64,000 nt of DNA. It comes from Phycisphaerae bacterium (GTDB lineage Bacteria > Planctomycetota > Phycisphaerae > UBA1845 > Fen-1342). Below, in pieces: positions 20,472-31,262 of the stretch (its first letter is position 1; every line of letters begins with the position of its first letter). Both the position numbers and the translations under genes were made by a program. The stretch covers positions 811,655-875,654 of the forward strand of contig CAXXWX010000026.1 in NCBI GenBank assembly GCA_963675745.2, read 5' to 3'. Under the pieces are notes generated by a model. That model did not search any database, had not been told where the DNA came from, and saw only the letters and a program-made list of their open reading frames with translations.

Positions 20472-20990
20472 ATGCGTTACATCCTCATCTCGCTGATAGT
20501 ACTGACCGTGGCCGGCGGTTGTGAGTCACCCGAACCCGAGCAGGCCGATCCCGTGCCGGAGCCCGTGATCGAAGCGCAAGATGTGCAGGGTACGTTCGAA
20601 TACATGGTCGACAATGCGCTGCTCGCGGATATGACGATCGCCGACTACCACTTCGTGCCACATCGTGCGCTGCTCACACCCCTCGGAGAGCAGCGGCTTC
20701 TGCGGCTGGCGACGCTGATCGAGTCATACGGCGGCGTTATCCGCTACAACACCGATCTGGACGATGGCGCTCTCTTGGGCGAGCGCACGCGCACGATTAT
20801 CGACTTCCTGGCCGCCAACGGGGCCGACACCACGGCCGATATCCTCACGCGTGAGATGTCGGGCGGCGTCGGCATGGAGGCGCGCGAGGCGATTCTGATC
20901 AAGTCAAACGAAGCCACGTACAAGCCGTCGTCCACGTCGGGCGGCACGTCCGTGCCACCGGGTGTCGGCGTTTCGAGTGGTACTCCGTAG
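20472..20990 (+). CDS. Hypothetical lipoprotein
   Basis: GGAGG RBS; signal peptide ending in lipobox VAGGC. Confidence 0.7.
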   Translation: MRYILISLIVLTVAGGCESPEPEQADPVPEPVIEAQDVQGTFEYMVDNALLADMTIADYHFVPHRALLTPLGEQRLLRLATLIESYGGVIRYNTDLDDGALLGERTRTIIDFLAANGADTTADILTREMSGGVGMEAREAILIKSNEATYKPSSTSGGTSVPPGVGVSSGTP

Positions 20991-21012
20991 ACGCTGCTGT
21001 TGGAGCCTTGCC

Positions 21013-22266
21013 ATGCGTTTTGTGTGTATTGGTCTTTGCGCCGTAGCGGGGATTGTCCTGCTCACACCGCTGGCCTGCCAGCAAGGGCAGAAATCCGCCA
21101 GCCCGGGTAATCTACCGTCCCGGCTGGACACCGGGCCGCAGGCGGGAATCGACGCGGCCACCTACTTTGCCCACGGGCACCTGCTCGAACGGCAGGGCGC
21201 GCTCGAGCGCGCCGTCGAGCAGTATGAGCACGCCCTCGAACTGAAGCCGGACTTCCCCGCGGCGTTGAACCGGCACGGTATCGTGCTGAACAAGCTGGGC
21301 CGGCACACCCAGGCCAGCGCGCAGTTTCGAGCGGCAATTGAACTGCAACCCGATGAGGCCTTCCTGTACAACAACCTTGGGTTCAGCCTGCATCTTGGCG
21401 GTGAGTACCAGGAAGCCGAACAGATTCTGGCGCGGGCCCTCGAGATACAGCCGAGCTTTGCGCGGGCACGAATGAATCATGCGATCGTGCTCGCACAGCT
21501 TGACCGCTACCCCGAGGCCTTTGAGGAGTTCCGCAAGGTCGGTAGTGAGGCTGACGCACACTACAACATCGCAGTGATCCAGACCGAGGCCCGACGGTAC
21601 GTTGACGCAACAGAATCGCTCGATCGGGCACTCAAATTGAATCAATTGAATCCGCAAATGGAAGCCGCGCGCCAGCAGATGCGCGTGATCGCGCGGCTGG
21701 CAGCACAACAGGAATCTGCACACAGCCCGGCGGCCCCCCAAAACACTGCCGGTGCGGCACCGCCCCCGGCGGGCGATCCGCCGCGGTTGGCCGAGCCGGC
21801 GGAGCCGGCGGGAACAGCCAGCCTGACCACCTGGGAGCTGCCGCCCGAGCACACGAGCGCGCCTGCGTACGTTCCGCCCCCGCTGACACCAGCCGAACCG
21901 CCGGAATCGGTGCTGGCGGAGCAGGGCGACTCCGCGACCAAGGTGAATACGCCGACGCCGGCGCCCGTCGACAAAGCGACTCCAACGCGTACCAAGGATG
22001 TCGAGCAGAAAGAGCCGGTGGCCAACCCGTCATCATCGGAGTTTCTGCAATTGCGCGACGAAATCTATCGCCGTGTTGAAGCCGGACGCGAGCGGGCCGC
22101 TCGCGAACGCGCGGAGCAGACGGCGGCGGATATCGCCCAGGCAGCCTGGTCGGCGCCTGCCGATGGGCAAGGCGATCCGCGCCGTACGCTGGTCGATGTC
22201 GCTCTGGCAAGCAACCGCGAGTGGCGCGAACTCTGGCGCGAGGTGGCGGCCAGCAGGCGTCACTGA
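21013..22266 (+). CDS. TPR-repeat lipoprotein
   Basis: PLAC lipobox; several TPRs (ALELKPDFPAALN..G, LYNNLGFSL, AHYNIAVI); Pro-rich C-terminal half. Confidence 0.8.
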   Translation: MRFVCIGLCAVAGIVLLTPLACQQGQKSASPGNLPSRLDTGPQAGIDAATYFAHGHLLERQGALERAVEQYEHALELKPDFPAALNRHGIVLNKLGRHTQASAQFRAAIELQPDEAFLYNNLGFSLHLGGEYQEAEQILARALEIQPSFARARMNHAIVLAQLDRYPEAFEEFRKVGSEADAHYNIAVIQTEARRYVDATESLDRALKLNQLNPQMEAARQQMRVIARLAAQQESAHSPAAPQNTAGAAPPPAGDPPRLAEPAEPAGTASLTTWELPPEHTSAPAYVPPPLTPAEPPESVLAEQGDSATKVNTPTPAPVDKATPTRTKDVEQKEPVANPSSSEFLQLRDEIYRRVEAGRERAARERAEQTAADIAQAAWSAPADGQGDPRRTLVDVALASNREWRELWREVAASRRH

Positions 22267-22355
22267 CGACGACAGAACGTCCTCAACCGGGACGTGGTAA
22301 GCAGCGGCAGCCGCCGGGCGTGAGGTGATTCTCACGTCCGGCGGCTGCGCGCGCT

Positions 22356-23480
22356 TCAGCACAAGGCGGCGACGCGCTGGTGGAGCCGTTGGTACAGATC
22401 GTTGTAGTAAGTCACCAGCTCGTCCCACGCCGCGAGGTTGTCCGCACCATGCTCACGCGTGGGATCCGGCACGGCAACACCCACGACCCGGTCAAGTGCC
22501 GCCAACAGCGCTTGGGCGGTGGCTTTCGGATCATTGGGCGGCACCAACCGGGCGCCACGGTCGCGCAGCAATTCATCAATCGGCGCCATGCGGCTCGCCA
22601 CTATCTGCCGACCGGCCACCAGCGCCCACGCCAGCCCCACGGGCGATATCGGCCGCGTCGGAACGTGCAAGACAATATCCGCGGCTGACATCAACTCGGC
22701 GGGTGAATACTCCGTGCCGGTCAAACGCACGATGTGACTGTGCCGGGATGCGTGCGCCAGCCTGATCAACCGCTGCACCTCGCGTCCTTCGTCCGGTATC
22801 AGTAGTCGCAGATCCCGATCCACTTGCGCCGCCAGCAACGCCGCCCATGTTGCCACGAACGCGCCAGTCTCGCGTCTCACGGGCGGCAACAGCGTCAGGA
22901 TCGGTGAATCCACGTCACATGCCAGGCGTTTGCGCAGCGCGGAACGGTCGACCGTGTCGAGAAGCGCGCGATCGGCGCGGATGGGGACAAGTTCGACGCG
23001 CGCCGGCGCCGCGCCGGCACGTAGCAGGCGCTGCCGCACAAAACGCGTCCGGGCAAGGTAAACCGCACGTCCCTGATCGGCCGGCCACCAATGCGGCGGC
23101 ACGATGGCCTTGGGCTCTGACTCCTCGTCAACCTCGGCCAGCATGCCGTCACAACCGGCGCCGAGTAGTTCGATCCCGCATTTAATCGCGCGGGGTGACC
23201 AGGCGTGGACGATGACAGAGTCGGCCGATCTTGCATCGAGCAATCGGCCGATCGCGCGGCGCACGCTGCGCCGATCGCGTAAACCGCCGACAGACGAAGG
23301 GACAGTGCGTCGCGCGAGCGTGCGTAAACTCGCGAACCGGCTGCTCCCAAGCTGGAGGATTACGGCGCGATGAGCGGCATCGCTCTCACGCACCAGGGTT
23401 TCGATGAGTGGCACAGACAGAGGCGACAGATCGGCGGCCACGAGATGCACAACGAGATGTTGATGCACAGGTGCTGTCAT
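22356..23480 (-). CDS. GT-B fold glycosyltransferase-like protein (degenerate GT4)
   Basis: LMSAADIVL...LAWALVAGRQIVAS...LVPPNDPKATAQAL matches the GT4 C-terminal layout. Confidence 0.65.
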   Translation of the reverse strand: MTAPVHQHLVVHLVAADLSPLSVPLIETLVRESDAAHRAVILQLGSSRFASLRTLARRTVPSSVGGLRDRRSVRRAIGRLLDARSADSVIVHAWSPRAIKCGIELLGAGCDGMLAEVDEESEPKAIVPPHWWPADQGRAVYLARTRFVRQRLLRAGAAPARVELVPIRADRALLDTVDRSALRKRLACDVDSPILTLLPPVRRETGAFVATWAALLAAQVDRDLRLLIPDEGREVQRLIRLAHASRHSHIVRLTGTEYSPAELMSAADIVLHVPTRPISPVGLAWALVAGRQIVASRMAPIDELLRDRGARLVPPNDPKATAQALLAALDRVVGVAVPDPTREHGADNLAAWDELVTYYNDLYQRLHQRVAALC

Positions 23481-23579
23481 ATCACCGACATTCTCGGGGT
23501 TTGCCGAAGGATTGTCGAATGCGGCGGCGACGGCTATGATCCGTGATCTGGGGGGTACGCCGCATTAGTCGAGAGTTGC

Positions 23580-24869
23580 ATGCTACGAAAATTCCTGATC
23601 TCCGTCAGCCTCATCATCGCCATTCTGGCAATTGGTGTTGGTGCCGCGACGCTGCTGGTTTTCACGAAATCCGCCCCCCAGAAACGTGATTCCGAGCGGC
23701 CGCCGATGCTGGTCCGCTGCCAGCGACTTACGCCGCACACCGCCAGAGAGACACTGGTGGGTTACGGAACGGCCCGTGCGGACCGCCTTGCGCAGGTATC
23801 GGCGGAGGTCAGCGGTCTGGTCGAGTACGTGAGCGACAATCTCAAGCCCGGCAGCAGCGTGGCGCAGGGCGAGGTTCTGATTCGGCTTGACGACCGCGAA
23901 TACAAGGCGCGCCTGGACCGGGCGCGCCACCAGGTCGCCGCGGAAGAAGCCGCCCTGGCCAACATCGCGATCGAGGTCACCAATGTCACGGAGCTCGAGC
24001 GGATAGCGCTGGTGGAGCTGGAGATTGCCAACCGCGAACAGGTGCGCGTACAGAAGCTGTTTGAACAGGGCCTGGCGGGTCGGCGTGAGCTCGACACGGC
24101 CGAGGGCGATGTGGAAGCCAGACGGCGGGTGTTGCAGAACCTGCGCAAGGAACATGAATACTTGCCAAACACGCGCCGGCAGCGTGAGGCCGCTGTGCAA
24201 CTGAGACGGGCCGACGTTGAAATAGCCGCGCTCAATCTGGCCCGCTGCGTTATCGCCGCGCCCTTCGCCGGGCGCATCGAACAGGTTCGCGTCGAACTCG
24301 GCGAGCGCATCGCCGCCGGCACCTGGCAGTTCTCGCTGCTGGACCCGGCCCTGATCGAGATTCCGGTGGAAATCCCGATGTCATGGTACCCGCGTTTGGC
24401 GGTCGGGGCGGTTTGCCGTATAGCGACGGAGGCGGACGGGGGTGTGGTCTGGTCGGGAAAGGTCGCCCGCATCGCGCCCAGTGGAAACAGCGACATGCGC
24501 ACAATCTCGGCGTACGTCGAGGTCGACAACCGCACCCAGCCGATCCCGCTCAAACCCGGGCTATTCGTACGAGCGGAGATCGACGGCAGCGTCTTTGAGA
24601 ACGCGCTGACGGTCCCGCGCGGTGCGGTGCAGGACGGCGCGGTGTTCGTCTATGAAGGCGGCGTTGCCCACCGACGTGAAGTGCGGGTTACGCGCCAGAT
24701 ACTTGCAGAGAGCCTGGTGAGCGGGTTGGAGCCGGGCGTGATTGTGATCACAAGTAACCTCGACGCGCTGGCGGATGGCGCACCGGTCCGTATCGACCTT
24801 ACCAACGATGACTATGGTCCCGCCATCCAAGCGGACGCGCAAGATTCCGAGCAGCCCCGGACGCCATGA
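23580..24869 (+). CDS. RND efflux membrane fusion protein
   Basis: VSAEVSG...GEVLIRLD, IAAPFAGRI, LKPGLFVRAEI, TVPRGAV. Confidence 0.92.
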   Translation: MLRKFLISVSLIIAILAIGVGAATLLVFTKSAPQKRDSERPPMLVRCQRLTPHTARETLVGYGTARADRLAQVSAEVSGLVEYVSDNLKPGSSVAQGEVLIRLDDREYKARLDRARHQVAAEEAALANIAIEVTNVTELERIALVELEIANREQVRVQKLFEQGLAGRRELDTAEGDVEARRRVLQNLRKEHEYLPNTRRQREAAVQLRRADVEIAALNLARCVIAAPFAGRIEQVRVELGERIAAGTWQFSLLDPALIEIPVEIPMSWYPRLAVGAVCRIATEADGGVVWSGKVARIAPSGNSDMRTISAYVEVDNRTQPIPLKPGLFVRAEIDGSVFENALTVPRGAVQDGAVFVYEGGVAHRREVRVTRQILAESLVSGLEPGVIVITSNLDALADGAPVRIDLTNDDYGPAIQADAQDSEQPRTP

Positions 24870-27800
24870 CCTCACTCCCGAGATTCAGCGTTAACAACCC
24901 GATCCTGGTGGGCGTCACGATGGCGGCCATTTTGATAGGCGGGGTCCACGGCGCATTCACGCTGGTGCGTGAGATGTTTCCCGAATTCCGCCCCAACCTG
25001 GTGGGCGTATCGACGCTTTATCCCGGCGCCAGTCCGGAAGAAATCGAGAAAGGGTTGGCTCTGCGTCTCGAGGAGGCAATCAAAGAGGTCGACCACATCG
25101 AGAAGATACAGACGACGATCAATGAAGGCAATTGCATGATCGCCGTGGAGATGACCGACGACGTCGATGATATCGACCAGGCCGTGACGGACGTCAAGGC
25201 CGCCATCGACGCAATCCCACGTGACCAGTTCCCGGACGAAGCCGAAGAGACGCGCGTCGCCAAGGTAGAGCCGGTCCTGCCGGTCATCTCCGTGATCGTC
25301 TTCGGCGAGGCCGGCGAGCACGCGTTAAAGGAGTATGGTCAGGATCTGCGCGACGAGTTGCTGGCCTTGCCCGGAATCACGGAGGTGACACTCAGCGGGT
25401 ACCGCAAGGCGGAGCTGACGGTCGAGATTCAGCCGGAGAAGCTCATCGAGTATGAGCTGTCGCTGTCGGCGATCGCTGACGCCATCCGGCAGAGCAACAT
25501 CGATTTGCCGGGAGGACAGGTCAAGACGTCCGATCAGAACATCTCGGTGCGCACACTGGGTGAGACTGACCAGGCCGGCGCTATCGCCGAGACGATCGTG
25601 CGCACGCGACCGGGCGGCGATGTGGTGCGCGTACGCGATCTGGGACGTGTGATTGACGGGTTCGAGGATTCGGATGTTGCCGGACGTTTCAACGGTCTAC
25701 CGGCCGTCGATCTTACGATTCAGAAGACGGGTGACCAGGATGCGATCGACATCGCCACCAAGATCAAGGCGTTTGTCGCGGGCAAAATGGGCCACGAGAT
25801 GGAGTGGGACTGGGGCACGCGGCTGCGCAACGCGCTGAATGTGAAAACGCCAGCGCAGCGAATCTATGACCGGGCGCGCAATGCCCCCCTGCCGCCCGGT
25901 GTGCGTATCGCCACGCACAGCAATCTGGCCAAGTTCATCGAGGGGCGGCTGGAACTGCTGCAACGCAACGGCGCGTGCGGCCTGGTGCTGGTCTTTGGTT
26001 CGCTGCTGTTGTTTCTTAACTGGCGCGTGGCCATCTGGGTGCTGATGGGCCTGATTCTCTCCGTGGCGGGCGCCATAATGCTGATGGGGCTTGTCGGCGC
26101 GACGCTGAATCTGATCAGCATGTTCGGCCTGATCGTCGTGCTGGGCATCATCGTCGATGACGCCATCGTCGTGGGCGAGAACATATTCTCCCGGTTCGAG
26201 CGTGGCGATGATCCGCATGAGGCCGCCGTTGCCGGGGCCGAACAAGTCTCCTGGCCGGTGACGATCGCGGTTTTGACGACGATTGCGGCGTTTGTGCCGC
26301 TGATGTTCATCGAAGGTCTGATCGGCGATTTCATGGGCATCTTGCCGGTTGTGGTGATGTGCGCGCTGTCAGTTTCGCTGATCGAGGCGCTGGCGATCCT
26401 CCCGTCGCACCTGGCCGAGTCATTGAAAAAGGTGAAGCGGCACCCGATCGGGTCACCAGCCGTGCAAGATATGCCGGCCGGTGTGCTGGGGCGCCTCAGG
26501 GCGCGCGTGCGCACTGCCCTGACGATCACGCTTCCCAATGTGTATGGCAGGCTGCTGATAAGGGCGACGGCATACCGCTATGTGACTGTCGCCGTGGCGG
26601 CGGCAGCACTGATCGTCTCGGTTGGCATGGTGGCGGGCGAGCGTGTGCCGTTTGTTTACCTCCAGAAGATGGAATCTGAGACTCTGATGGTGAATCTGGA
26701 GATGCCGGTCGGCACGCCGGCGGAACTCACCAGTGTGGCGCTCGAGGAGGTCGAACAGGCGGTGCTGCAATTGCAGGCCGGCGAGTTGCTCAGCGTATAC
26801 ACGATAGTCGGCGGACAACTGACATTTGAGGGCGGCGGCGGTGCGATCGCTTTGCGCTCACACCTTGGGCAGTGCATCGTCGAACTGACCGACATCGAAG
26901 ATCGCGAGCGCACCAGCGAGGACATTATCGCCGAGCTGCGCGAAAGAACCCGCGACGTCGCCGGGGCCAATTCACTGCGTTTTGAACCCATGCAGGGCGG
27001 GCCGGGCGGCGCGGCGATCGAAATCGAGATCAGCGGGCAAGCGCTCGAAGGCATTCTCGCCTGTACCAACGCCCTCAAGGCCGGACTGGCCGGATATGAC
27101 GGCGTGTTCGATGTCGATGACAACCACGACGCCGGTCGCCGCGAGGTGCGTATCGAACTGCTGGATAGCGCGCGTCCGCTCAACGTGACGACGCGTGCCC
27201 TGGCCACAGAGGTGCGCGGCGCCTTCTATGGACTCGAGGCACGCACGATTCAACGCCGCCACGAGGACGTCGATATCCGCGTGCGTTTCCCGGCCGAGCG
27301 GCGGCGGCATCTGTATGAACTGGAGTCGATGCGCATCGCGACGCCCGCGGGCAACATGATTCCCCTGGGAGAGATTGCACGCATCGTGGATACGCGCGGA
27401 TACTCCGCGATTCGTCGCATCGACCAGCGTCGCGCGGTTACTATCACGGCCGACGTGGATCAGACGCGCAACAACGCCGAGAAGATCATCGCCGAGTTGG
27501 GACCGCTGGTGGCTGAGCTGGAGCGCGCACACCCGGGCGTGCGCGTCGAGTTCGCCGGTAACAAGCGCGAGACAACCAAGTCACTCGGCTCGTTGCGGCG
27601 CGACTTTCTGATCGCGCTGTTGATCATCTACGTGATGCTCTGCGGCCTGTTCAAGAGCTACACGCAGCCGGTGATCGTGATGACGGCGGTGCCGTTTGGC
27701 CTGACGGGTGCCATCATGGGGCACTACATCATGGGCTATCCGATGACGATCTTGTCGATGATCGGGATTGTCGCGCTAACGGGGATCGTAGTGAACGATT

Positions 27801-28126
27801 CGCTGATTCTGGTGGATTTCATCAACCACGAGATCAAGTCGGGGCGGGAGGTGCGCGAGGCGGTGATCGCCGGCGGGCGCCGCCGGCTGCGCCCCATCCT
27901 GCTCACGTCGCTAACCACCATCCTGGGCCTGGCGCCCCTGATGGCCGAGCAGTCGTTCCAGGCCAGGTTCCTGATCCCGATGGCCATATCGATCAGCTTT
28001 GGCTTGGCGTTTGCAACGCTGCTCACGCTGGTGGTGGTGCCATCGATTTACCTGATCTACCAGGACTTCAAGGGGATCATCGCGCGAATCTGGGCTAAAC
28101 CCGAGTTGCTGGCGTTGCCGGAATAG
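24866..28126 (+). CDS. RND efflux permease (AcrB/AcrD/AcrF family)
   Basis: 1086 aa; GIIVDDAIVVGENI, GIVVNDSLILVD, RRLRPILLTSLTTILGLAPL; ATGA overlap with the MFP gene. Confidence 0.95.
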   Translation: MTSLPRFSVNNPILVGVTMAAILIGGVHGAFTLVREMFPEFRPNLVGVSTLYPGASPEEIEKGLALRLEEAIKEVDHIEKIQTTINEGNCMIAVEMTDDVDDIDQAVTDVKAAIDAIPRDQFPDEAEETRVAKVEPVLPVISVIVFGEAGEHALKEYGQDLRDELLALPGITEVTLSGYRKAELTVEIQPEKLIEYELSLSAIADAIRQSNIDLPGGQVKTSDQNISVRTLGETDQAGAIAETIVRTRPGGDVVRVRDLGRVIDGFEDSDVAGRFNGLPAVDLTIQKTGDQDAIDIATKIKAFVAGKMGHEMEWDWGTRLRNALNVKTPAQRIYDRARNAPLPPGVRIATHSNLAKFIEGRLELLQRNGACGLVLVFGSLLLFLNWRVAIWVLMGLILSVAGAIMLMGLVGATLNLISMFGLIVVLGIIVDDAIVVGENIFSRFERGDDPHEAAVAGAEQVSWPVTIAVLTTIAAFVPLMFIEGLIGDFMGILPVVVMCALSVSLIEALAILPSHLAESLKKVKRHPIGSPAVQDMPAGVLGRLRARVRTALTITLPNVYGRLLIRATAYRYVTVAVAAAALIVSVGMVAGERVPFVYLQKMESETLMVNLEMPVGTPAELTSVALEEVEQAVLQLQAGELLSVYTIVGGQLTFEGGGGAIALRSHLGQCIVELTDIEDRERTSEDIIAELRERTRDVAGANSLRFEPMQGGPGGAAIEIEISGQALEGILACTNALKAGLAGYDGVFDVDDNHDAGRREVRIELLDSARPLNVTTRALATEVRGAFYGLEARTIQRRHEDVDIRVRFPAERRRHLYELESMRIATPAGNMIPLGEIARIVDTRGYSAIRRIDQRRAVTITADVDQTRNNAEKIIAELGPLVAELERAHPGVRVEFAGNKRETTKSLGSLRRDFLIALLIIYVMLCGLFKSYTQPVIVMTAVPFGLTGAIMGHYIMGYPMTILSMIGIVALTGIVVNDSLILVDFINHEIKSGREVREAVIAGGRRRLRPILLTSLTTILGLAPLMAEQSFQARFLIPMAISISFGLAFATLLTLVVVPSIYLIYQDFKGIIARIWAKPELLALPE

Positions 28127-28151
28127 TCTGCCGGCTCCGCGGCGGCCGCGC

Positions 28152-29264
28152 TCAATCCTGGCGCTTGATCGGCAACACGACTTCAAACCGCGCGCCGGCC
28201 CCTGGTAGATTGCCGGCCGAAATATACCCACCCAGCTCTGATACAAAGCCATGAACGACGGCCAGCCCCATGCCCGCATTGCGCGACGGGCCGGATGCCA
28301 GCACACCCTTGGTCGTGAAAAACGGTTCGAAAAGATGTTCGATCACACCCGGCTCAATGCCCGGGCCGGTGTCGGTAATCGAGAGGGAAACGTGCGTGGC
28401 ATCGCGATGCGCGATCGTGACGGTGAGCGTACCGCCGTTGGGCATAACCTCGATCGCGTTCTGCACGAGATTGCTGATCACGACAATAATCTGTTCGCGC
28501 GGTACGGGACAGATCGGCACGCGATGCCAGTCCAGGCGCAGTTTGATGTGCTTCTGACGCAGCCGTTCCTCGTTTTCGTCGAAGAAGTAGAGCACGGCTT
28601 CGGTCAGGTCGGAGTAGGCGCGCGCGCGATGATCGGCTTGCGCGAACACGAGCAACTGCCCCGTGATCTCGGCGGCGCGGGTTACCGCGTCCGCGGTGCG
28701 CTGGAGGGCGCGCCGCATCGCCGTGGTGGTGTTCATGTTGCTTGCGTATTCGAGGCTGGTAACGATGCCACACAGCAGGTTGTTGTAGTGATGCGCCACG
28801 GCACCGGCCAACGATCCCAGGACGCTGAGGCGTTGGCGTTTCTCGACCGCGTGCTTGAGACGCACGCGTTGGGTTATGTCACGAAACCAAAGTGCGACGC
28901 CGTGCATACTGCCATCCGGCTGCAAGACGGGAGTCCACCAGGTGGCATAGACGATCGGATCGGCCTCGGTGCCGCCTATTTCCAGGCGAAAATCGACGGG
29001 CTCGCGCGTTTTGACGCATGTTTTCAAATGCGTCATGACCGCAAGTCGATCGCGAACTGGAAAGAGACCCTCGACCTGCTGCCCTTCACACCCCGCAACC
29101 AGATTCTCAAACAGGTTTTCGGCGGCCGCGTTCCACCCGATGATCCGACCATCGGCCTTACACGCCACAATCGCCAGACGCGATCCGCGAAACAGACCCT
29201 CGAAGTAGTTGGCATCCAGACTGGTCGGCACGGATAGACTCTCAGTCGTCAGGGCCGGCGTCAC
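28152..29264 (-). CDS. PAS-domain sensor histidine kinase
   Basis: PAS (GRIIGWNAAAENLF...FRDITQR), H-box AHHYNNLL, NLVQNA, DTGPGI, FEPFFTTK, GMGLA. Confidence 0.9.
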   Translation of the reverse strand: MTPALTTESLSVPTSLDANYFEGLFRGSRLAIVACKADGRIIGWNAAAENLFENLVAGCEGQQVEGLFPVRDRLAVMTHLKTCVKTREPVDFRLEIGGTEADPIVYATWWTPVLQPDGSMHGVALWFRDITQRVRLKHAVEKRQRLSVLGSLAGAVAHHYNNLLCGIVTSLEYASNMNTTTAMRRALQRTADAVTRAAEITGQLLVFAQADHRARAYSDLTEAVLYFFDENEERLRQKHIKLRLDWHRVPICPVPREQIIVVISNLVQNAIEVMPNGGTLTVTIAHRDATHVSLSITDTGPGIEPGVIEHLFEPFFTTKGVLASGPSRNAGMGLAVVHGFVSELGGYISAGNLPGAGARFEVVLPIKRQD

Positions 29265-30165
29265 GCACGTCGGGTCGGATAATCACGTAATACTCATACA
29301 CGACGGTGTCGGCGCTATGCGTAAGAAACGTCGCGCCCAACAGGCCGGGGATACCGGCGGTGTCGCTCGGCGCGATTACGAGGTACTCACCCGGGTCAAG
29401 CCCGACGGTGAATGCGGCCTCGGGATAAGCGCGCCCGTCTTCCCGGGGCACCGACCACAGGCCGCTTTCAGTTCGAATCCGCCGCCAGCCGGACTGGGCG
29501 CGCCGCACCACCGGTAGGATGGTAACGCGATCACGCTGGCTGTCGAGCAGATCGAGCTCGTGGGTGAGTTGCAGGGCGCAGCGGCTGTCAGGCCAGATGT
29601 CGCCGCCCAGCACACCATCGGCGGCCACGTAGAAGACGGTGTGCTCGCGCGGTTCCTCGGTCAGCTCGAGATTCAGCGGGTAACGTTGTGGGATGCGCCA
29701 CGGCTCGGGTTGTGAGGTGCGGTGCCCCTCGATCGCCGCAAACGCCGCCCGAAGCGGTTCCCACCATTCGACGTTGCCGACGCCCACGCGCAAGCCGTTG
29801 TTGTGCAGGCGCAAGACAGTGGCGCTGTCGAGCGTGTCTTCGCGAAGGTAGTTCCAGATCTTCACAACCTGATCGCGCTTGGTCTGTGGAATCTGAACCA
29901 GAATCACGTGAAAGGGCACCGCACGCTGATGCGCCGCCACGACTTCCTCGGCGACCGTCGGCCGGTGGGCCTGGAGCGGACCGAGGCCAACCGCGGCGGC
30001 GTCAAACTCGAGTGACTCCGGCATGTCGGCCGAATCCGGCGACGCCTGCGAGCCTCGCCCTGGTTCGCGACAACCGGCCAACGCCGCCGCACTTAGCAGA
30101 CCCACGCCTACGGTGACGCGCCACGCGACAGCCCACGCACGTTGGCTTACACGTCTATCGGCCAC
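29242..30165 (-). CDS. Hypothetical lipoprotein
   Basis: LAGC lipobox; overlaps the kinase start by 23 nt. Confidence 0.65.
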   Translation of the reverse strand: MADRRVSQRAWAVAWRVTVGVGLLSAAALAGCREPGRGSQASPDSADMPESLEFDAAAVGLGPLQAHRPTVAEEVVAAHQRAVPFHVILVQIPQTKRDQVVKIWNYLREDTLDSATVLRLHNNGLRVGVGNVEWWEPLRAAFAAIEGHRTSQPEPWRIPQRYPLNLELTEEPREHTVFYVAADGVLGGDIWPDSRCALQLTHELDLLDSQRDRVTILPVVRRAQSGWRRIRTESGLWSVPREDGRAYPEAAFTVGLDPGEYLVIAPSDTAGIPGLLGATFLTHSADTVVYEYYVIIRPDVRDAGPDD

Positions 30166-30258
30166 GATAGATCACCGGATCAACCACCCCACTCGCGCTC
30201 CCCATCGGCACCGCCGGCGCAACACACAGGATGTCACTCTCGCACGCATGCGGCGCTG

Positions 30259-30996
30259 TTACCATTGGGCCTCGCCGAACGGGCCATCCGGAGCGGGGCC
30301 CTTGCGCTGTCGGCTGATTTCCTTGAGGATCGCAGCCGCGAGCGACATATCACCCGGCGCGGTGATTTTTATGTTGCGGCGGTCGCTGGGCACGATTGTG
30401 ACCGGATGTCCGCTTGACTCGACAACCTGGGCGTCATCGGTCGGCAGTTCACCGTCCGCCACCTCCCCGTAGGCTTTCAGTAGCACATCCTTGCGGAACA
30501 CCTGCGGCGTCTGGGCCTCGTATAGTCCCTCGCGCGATACGGTCTCGTCCACGACACCCGCAGCACTGACGCGCTTGATCGTGCCGGACAGCGGCGCCGC
30601 CAGAATCGCCGCCCCACTCTTGGTCGCCTCTTCAAAGACCTTGTCGATCTGTTCCGGGCGCACGCAAGGCCGTACGGCGTCGTGTACACAGATCAAGTCG
30701 GCCTCCTCGGCGACGTGCTCCAGCGCGGCGCGCACCGAGTGGCAGCGTTCGGCGCCACCCTTGACCAGCTTGATGTCCATGAACATGAGGTTGGCCTGGT
30801 ACTTCTCTTTGACGACGTCATAGTCTTCGGGGGCCACGGTCAGAATGGTCTGGCAAACGTCATCGCGATTGATGAACAGCTCGACCGATCGTATGAACAC
30901 GGGCCGGTCGTCGATGCGCGCAAAGGGCTTCTTCACGTCACCGCCGAAGCGCTTGCCCGCGCCGGCCGCCGGTATGATCACCGCCGCTTTCGCCAT
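30259..30996 (-). CDS. ispD: 2-C-methyl-D-erythritol 4-phosphate cytidylyltransferase
   Basis: IIPAAGAGKRFGG..KKPF, GGAER..SV, VHDAVRP, AQTPQVF, TDD, NIKIT. Confidence 0.93.
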   Translation of the reverse strand: MAKAAVIIPAAGAGKRFGGDVKKPFARIDDRPVFIRSVELFINRDDVCQTILTVAPEDYDVVKEKYQANLMFMDIKLVKGGAERCHSVRAALEHVAEEADLICVHDAVRPCVRPEQIDKVFEEATKSGAAILAAPLSGTIKRVSAAGVVDETVSREGLYEAQTPQVFRKDVLLKAYGEVADGELPTDDAQVVESSGHPVTIVPSDRRNIKITAPGDMSLAAAILKEISRQRKGPAPDGPFGEAQW

Positions 30997-31262
30997 GGCT
31001 AATCTCCACCGTCACGTGCCTGTCTAATCATACCTTGCCGCCAAGCCGACCAGCGGTCAAGGGGTGTGGCGACCGGTGCGGCGTCAGCAGAAGACGTGTC
31101 GGTCGCGACGACCGCGACCTGCGTCGTGCCAGCCCGGCGATGTCGCGGGCCCTCGGTCAAACCGGCGAGTTGTGCTATACTCCGCGGCAACGGGAACCGG
31201 CGCGGCACGCCACCGGGCGGCGGCGTTTGCGACTGGTTGCCGAGTCTGTTGAGGTTGCCACA

